A stretch of DNA of 19,278 nucleotides, taken from Bdellovibrionota bacterium. Lineage in GTDB: Bacteria > Bdellovibrionota > UBA1018 > UBA923. The notes beneath the pieces were generated by a model, which worked only from the letters and a program-made list of their open reading frames with translations, was not told where the DNA came from and did no database searches. This document shows, piece after piece, positions 15,405 to 19,278 of this stretch (position 1 is its first letter; every line of letters starts with the position of its first letter). The DNA lies in the NCBI GenBank assembly GCA_040754655.1, contig JBFMCE010000076.1, forward strand, positions 1 to 19,278. The letters run 5' to 3'. The translations under genes were made by a program, and so were the position numbers.

Positions 15405-16397
15405 ATGTCGTCTGCACAAACATCGGATATCACATCACAAGTTTCATCTGTTCCGCGCACCGCGAGCGAGGACTCGAAAAAGAAGCAGATTTGGGCCGTA
15501 GGCGGCGGAAAAGGCGGAGTAGGCAAGAGTTTCATCGCCGCAAATCTCGCCATTTCTTTGGCCAGGAGCGGGCATAAAGTCTGCGCAATCGACCTTGATT
15601 TGGGTTGCGCAAACTTGCACACCTGCTTGGGCGTTGAAATTCCTCCAGTCACGTTGTCTGACTTCTTCAGCAAACGCGAACCCGACATCAATAAAGTCTT
15701 GGTTTCCACTCCGATCAGGAACTTGAGCTTGATCAGCGGCGCCCAAGACGCGATTGGCGTCGCCAACTTGAAACACACGCAAAAAAGCAAGCTTCTGCAA
15801 AAACTTCAAGAACTCGACGTCGACTACCTGATCTTTGACCTAGGCGCAGGAACCGCGTACAACACACTCGACTTCTTTTTGAGCTCGGATGTCGGCATTC
15901 TCACTCTCTTGCCTGAGCCGACGAGCATCGAGAACACTTACCGCTTCATCAAAAGCGCTTATTATAGGAAACTCAAATGCGCCGAATCGCTGTTTGAGAT
16001 CAGGCCGATGATTGACATGGCGATGGATCAAAAAAATCCATTGGGCATTCGCTCACCGTCTGACATGTTGCGAGAAGCGACGAAGTACAGCCCTGAAATG
16101 GGGCTTAAACTTCGCGAAGAGATCACGCGTTTCCGGCCGAAGCTCATCGTCAACCAGGCGCGCACGCAAACAGACATCGACATTGGTTTTTCGATCAAGA
16201 GCGTTTGCAAAAAATACTTCGGCATCGATATGGAGTATGTCGGTTATCTCGACTATGATAGCGCTGTATGGCAGTCAGTCAGGCGGAAGCGTCCTTTGCT
16301 GCTAGAGTTTCCAAACTCGAAACTCGTGAGCAACTTTGAGCGCATGATGCAGCATCTGATTCAACAAAACAAAACTCAAAAGGCAGAGATTTTTTAG
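15405..16397 (+). CDS. MinD/ParA-family ATPase, FlhG/FleN-like
   Basis: Deviant Walker A GGKGGVGKS, DLDLGCANL, DLGAG, PEPTSIENTYRFIK, LIVNQAR, RKRPLL. Confidence 0.92.
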   Translation: MSSAQTSDITSQVSSVPRTASEDSKKKQIWAVGGGKGGVGKSFIAANLAISLARSGHKVCAIDLDLGCANLHTCLGVEIPPVTLSDFFSKREPDINKVLVSTPIRNLSLISGAQDAIGVANLKHTQKSKLLQKLQELDVDYLIFDLGAGTAYNTLDFFLSSDVGILTLLPEPTSIENTYRFIKSAYYRKLKCAESLFEIRPMIDMAMDQKNPLGIRSPSDMLREATKYSPEMGLKLREEITRFRPKLIVNQARTQTDIDIGFSIKSVCKKYFGIDMEYVGYLDYDSAVWQSVRRKRPLLLEFPNSKLVSNFERMMQHLIQQNKTQKAEIF

Positions 16398-16414
16398 AAC
16401 AACAAAATCCTAAA

Positions 16415-17344
16415 ATGTTTCAAATCGATGACTCTATCAGCTACTACGAAGTCTTGGATGTAAGGCCCGACGCCAGCCAAAACGAAATTCGGCAGGCCTA
16501 CCTTCGAACAAAGGCCGCATACAGCAAAGACTCAGCGGCTCTTTATAGCTTGTTCGACGAACACGAAACACGGCAAGTTTTGGACAACATCGAACAAGCC
16601 TACTTGGTTCTCTCAAACCCTGATAAGCGCAAAGAGTACGATAAAGTGCACGGATTCTTGCACCGACCTCAAGAAGCGATCCCCTCTCCCAAGAAGGTGT
16701 CGTCGCAAAACCATGTTTTCTCTTTTGCGGCGTCCTCGGCTAAGTCGCCTGAAGATGGAGCTGCAGTCGCGCAACAAGCAGCCCAGAATGTTTTTGGTGC
16801 AGGGGCGGAGAGCAGTTTTGAAGAAACCTCATCTGCCAGTGCCGATACAGAAACCCGGCCAGCCGGCGCCACGATCCCGGCTGCGAGCGCAGCGCCGACA
16901 CGAGAGCCCGTGCCTGAAGATTACTCTACTCCACGAACGCTTGCAGCAGCCACCGCTGCGGGTCCCATGGCGCAAGAATATCCTTCACGCGGCAGTTTCA
17001 ATGCGAATGAAAACAAGCTCGGGATCGTTCGAAGGATCGACTTGATCAAGAACTATGATCGCGACCCAGCCATGGAGCAGCAAATCAGCGAAGAATCGGC
17101 GTTTCGCGGCGAATTTTTCAAGAAGACCAGAGAGTACAAGAACATCAGCATCGATGAGTTGTCTGAGTTCACCAAGATCAGCAAGGCTTACATCAACTGC
17201 ATCGAAAGCGAAGAGTTTGAAAACCTTCCAGCTCCGGCGTACTTGAGAGGATTTCTTCTTCAGATCGCCAAGGCGCTTAAGCTTCCTCATGAGAAGGCCG
17301 CGAACGCATACATGGCCTACTACCGCGCGGCCATGCTCAAATGA
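16415..17344 (+). CDS. J-like domain (no HPD) - low-complexity linker - RodZ-type HTH protein
   Basis: YYEVLDV..ASQNEIRQAY and AYLVLSNPDKRKEYD (DnaJ-like); C-terminal GEFFKKTRE..ISIDELSEFTKIS..YINCIE...LPAPAYLRGFL (HTH_25/RodZ N-terminal-like). Confidence 0.85.
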   Translation: MFQIDDSISYYEVLDVRPDASQNEIRQAYLRTKAAYSKDSAALYSLFDEHETRQVLDNIEQAYLVLSNPDKRKEYDKVHGFLHRPQEAIPSPKKVSSQNHVFSFAASSAKSPEDGAAVAQQAAQNVFGAGAESSFEETSSASADTETRPAGATIPAASAAPTREPVPEDYSTPRTLAAATAAGPMAQEYPSRGSFNANENKLGIVRRIDLIKNYDRDPAMEQQISEESAFRGEFFKKTREYKNISIDELSEFTKISKAYINCIESEEFENLPAPAYLRGFLLQIAKALKLPHEKAANAYMAYYRAAMLK

Positions 17345-18345
17345 AGTCTTTTGAATTCGTTGTCGCGCCACGCGACGACGGTTCAAGGCTTGATCTCTAC
17401 CTCGCGGAACACATTGAAGGACTCACCCGATCTCAAGTCAAAAACCTGATTGCTCAAGGCTTGGTTTCGGTTGACTCAAAGAAAGCCGAGAAAGCGGGTT
17501 CTGTTTTGGCGACTGGCCAAAGCGTTGTGATTCAAATCCCAGAACCCAAGAAGCTTGATCTTGAACCCCAGGAAGTGGGCATCAAAATACTTTTTGAGGA
17601 CGAACACCTCGCTGTGCTCGAAAAACCACCAGGGCTTTCCGTGCATCCAAGCCAAACAGAATCAAATCCTACCGTCGTGCATGGCTTGCTACACTCGCTT
17701 GGTTCTCTTTCAAGCGTCGGAGGAGTTGAGCGTCCTGGCATTGTTCACCGCATCGACAAAGGAACATCTGGAGTATTGGTCGTCTCGAAGACAGATTCTG
17801 CGCACCTGGCCTTGAGCCAACAATTCAAGGCGCATTCGATCGACAGGCGTTACAAGGCTCTTGTGTATGGCGACCTCGAGGCGAAGCTCAAAAAAAACCA
17901 CGGCCGAATCGAGACCCTGATTGGAAGGCATCCTACTCACCGAAAAAAAATGACGACAAAAGTAAAACAAGGCCGCGTCGCCATCACGAATTGGGCTGTC
18001 CTCGAGCGCCTGGTCCCGACACGAGGTCGAGATGAGTTCGCGCTCAACCTTGTCGAGTGCCAGCTTGAAACGGGGCGAACCCATCAGATCCGAGTTCATC
18101 TTTCTGAGTTGGGCTTTTCGCTCGTCGGAGACCCGGTTTATGGCGACAACTCTAAACGCGCAAAGGTGCTCTTAAAACCGTCTCCAGAGCTCGCGAAAGC
18201 CTGCGAGAGCTTAGACCACCAGCTTCTGCACGCCTATCACTTGGGCTTCAAGCATCCGGCCACTGGGCAGTGGAAAAATTTTGATTCCGATCTCCCACAA
18301 GACTTTGCGGACCTGCTGGACCTTGCCCGAACTCTTGCCCGCTAG
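17341..18345 (+). CDS. rluD: RluA-family 23S rRNA pseudouridine synthase (RluD-like, with S4 domain)
   Basis: RLDLYLA S4 domain, KPPGLSVHP, GIVHRIDKGTSG (catalytic Asp), LETGRTHQIRVH, GDPVYG, LHAYHLGFKHP. ATGA overlap with the upstream gene. Confidence 0.95.
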   Translation: MKSFEFVVAPRDDGSRLDLYLAEHIEGLTRSQVKNLIAQGLVSVDSKKAEKAGSVLATGQSVVIQIPEPKKLDLEPQEVGIKILFEDEHLAVLEKPPGLSVHPSQTESNPTVVHGLLHSLGSLSSVGGVERPGIVHRIDKGTSGVLVVSKTDSAHLALSQQFKAHSIDRRYKALVYGDLEAKLKKNHGRIETLIGRHPTHRKKMTTKVKQGRVAITNWAVLERLVPTRGRDEFALNLVECQLETGRTHQIRVHLSELGFSLVGDPVYGDNSKRAKVLLKPSPELAKACESLDHQLLHAYHLGFKHPATGQWKNFDSDLPQDFADLLDLARTLAR

Positions 18346-18372
18346 CGCTAAATCCGATACTTAAAGTGCATC

Positions 18373-19086
18373 ATGCTTCAACCACATCCATTTTCGGCGC
18401 TCAAAACGATTGAATATGCATTTCAAAAACCTGGGCTCAATGCGCCAGAAAAAGTATCACGGTGCCATCAAGTGCATGAGGCTCTGGTGGTATCGGCTGA
18501 CCAACAAACCGATGAACAGCTTGCGCAGACGAAAGCAGATGCCTTGTTCGCCAGCACCGCTCGCACGCTTGCCATTCAAACGGCCGATTGCCTCCCGGTG
18601 TTGATGTGTTCACAGGACGGCAAGTTCGTCGCCGCCGTGCATGCCGGATGGCGCGGACTCAATAAAGGAATCTTGGTTGAAGCGTTGAAAACCTTTCAGT
18701 CTCGCCAGGTCGAGCCTAGCACCATCTTGGTCGCCATTGGTCCAGCGATCGGAGCTTGTTGTTTTGAAGTGGGAGCTGAAGTCGCAGGAGAATTTAAGAA
18801 AATCTGGGGATCGCTTCTTAAAGAAGAGTCGCGTTTTTTTCGTCGCGATCCAGCCAAAAGCGAAAATCCAGGACGCCAGGCAAAACCCACAACCCCAAAA
18901 TCTGTGTGGCTTGACCTCAAAGCGATCGCCACTCGACAACTCACCAGTCACGGCGTACCTGCGGGCAATCTCCAAGATCTCGGCATCTGTACTTATTGTT
19001 CAGCTTTGGGTTTTGAAAGTTACCGGCGCGCAACCCACGAAGGACGAAAAGCCGGAAGGCAGTGGTCTTGGATAAAAAAGCTCTAG
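18373..19086 (+). CDS. pgeF: PgeF/YfiH (peptidoglycan editing factor / purine nucleoside phosphorylase LACC1-like)
   Basis: HQVH, ADAL, TADCLPVL, AVHAGWRG, IGPAIGACCFEVG, CTYC, SYRR; canonical rluD-yfiH synteny. Confidence 0.93.
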   Translation: MLQPHPFSALKTIEYAFQKPGLNAPEKVSRCHQVHEALVVSADQQTDEQLAQTKADALFASTARTLAIQTADCLPVLMCSQDGKFVAAVHAGWRGLNKGILVEALKTFQSRQVEPSTILVAIGPAIGACCFEVGAEVAGEFKKIWGSLLKEESRFFRRDPAKSENPGRQAKPTTPKSVWLDLKAIATRQLTSHGVPAGNLQDLGICTYCSALGFESYRRATHEGRKAGRQWSWIKKL

Positions 19087-19110
19087 CACCTTCATGACCG
19101 ACGCGAAGAT

Positions 19111-19278
19111 TCAAGCGCGATCAAACCGTAACACCCTTAACGAAGTAAGACCGACGAGTCTCTGGAAAATCTTGTCTTCGCTCAACAGGTATCCATCTAG
19201 ATCCAGGCAGCATTGAGCAATATGAGCGTCAGGAGTCGACACATGAATGCCTTTCAATAAACATTTTGCTCTGAGCAA
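19111..19278 (-). CDS. vapC: Partial PIN-domain (VapC-like) toxin, C-terminal part
   Basis: Not in the ORF track; hand translation ...LLRAKCLLKGIHVSTPDAHIAQCCLDLDGYLLSEDKIFQRLVGLTSLRVLRFDRA* fits the PIN pattern (G....D..IA......L(S/T).D..F). Confidence 0.8.
   Translation of the reverse strand: MLRAKCLLKGIHVSTPDAHIAQCCLDLDGYLLSEDKIFQRLVGLTSLRVLRFDRA

Noticed and set aside
15405..16397. Assigning flhG, minD or parA as gene symbol
   Set aside because: No flagellar, min or par partner genes are adjacent, so only a family-level call is supportable.

Overview
Bacterial chromosomal window. The gene content and protein style suggest Bdellovibrionota/Oligoflexia or a related deltaproteobacterium (inference). 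Left, on the minus strand: a membrane histidine kinase, an NtrC-type sigma-54 activator, glutamate dehydrogenase and a partial secreted phospholipase C/P1 nuclease-like gene. Right: a CTP-dependent polyprenol/DAG kinase divergent from a FleN/MinD-like ATPase - J-like/HTH protein - rluD - pgeF operon, then a partial VapC. The middle (~5.2-14.3 kb) is accessory. It holds a perfect (AACCGTG)13 array with an inverted unit nearby, a sigma-54-driven decayed HUH/Y1 (RAYT-like) transposase, a hairpin-rich spacer, a signal-peptide-bearing methyltransferase, exported peptidases (C39, M28, DmpA/P1 and a probable cryptic clan-CD His/Cys protease), a probable outer-membrane beta-barrel protein, and a higBA module with a palindromic operator and apparently leaderless mRNA. 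Three good sigma-54 promoters, one degenerate one and a recurring 17-bp dyad suggest shared enhancer-dependent regulation. No complete novel system is proven from sequence alone. The best leads are the repeat/HUH locus, the ATPase + HPD-less J/HTH pair and the cryptic clan-CD protease.
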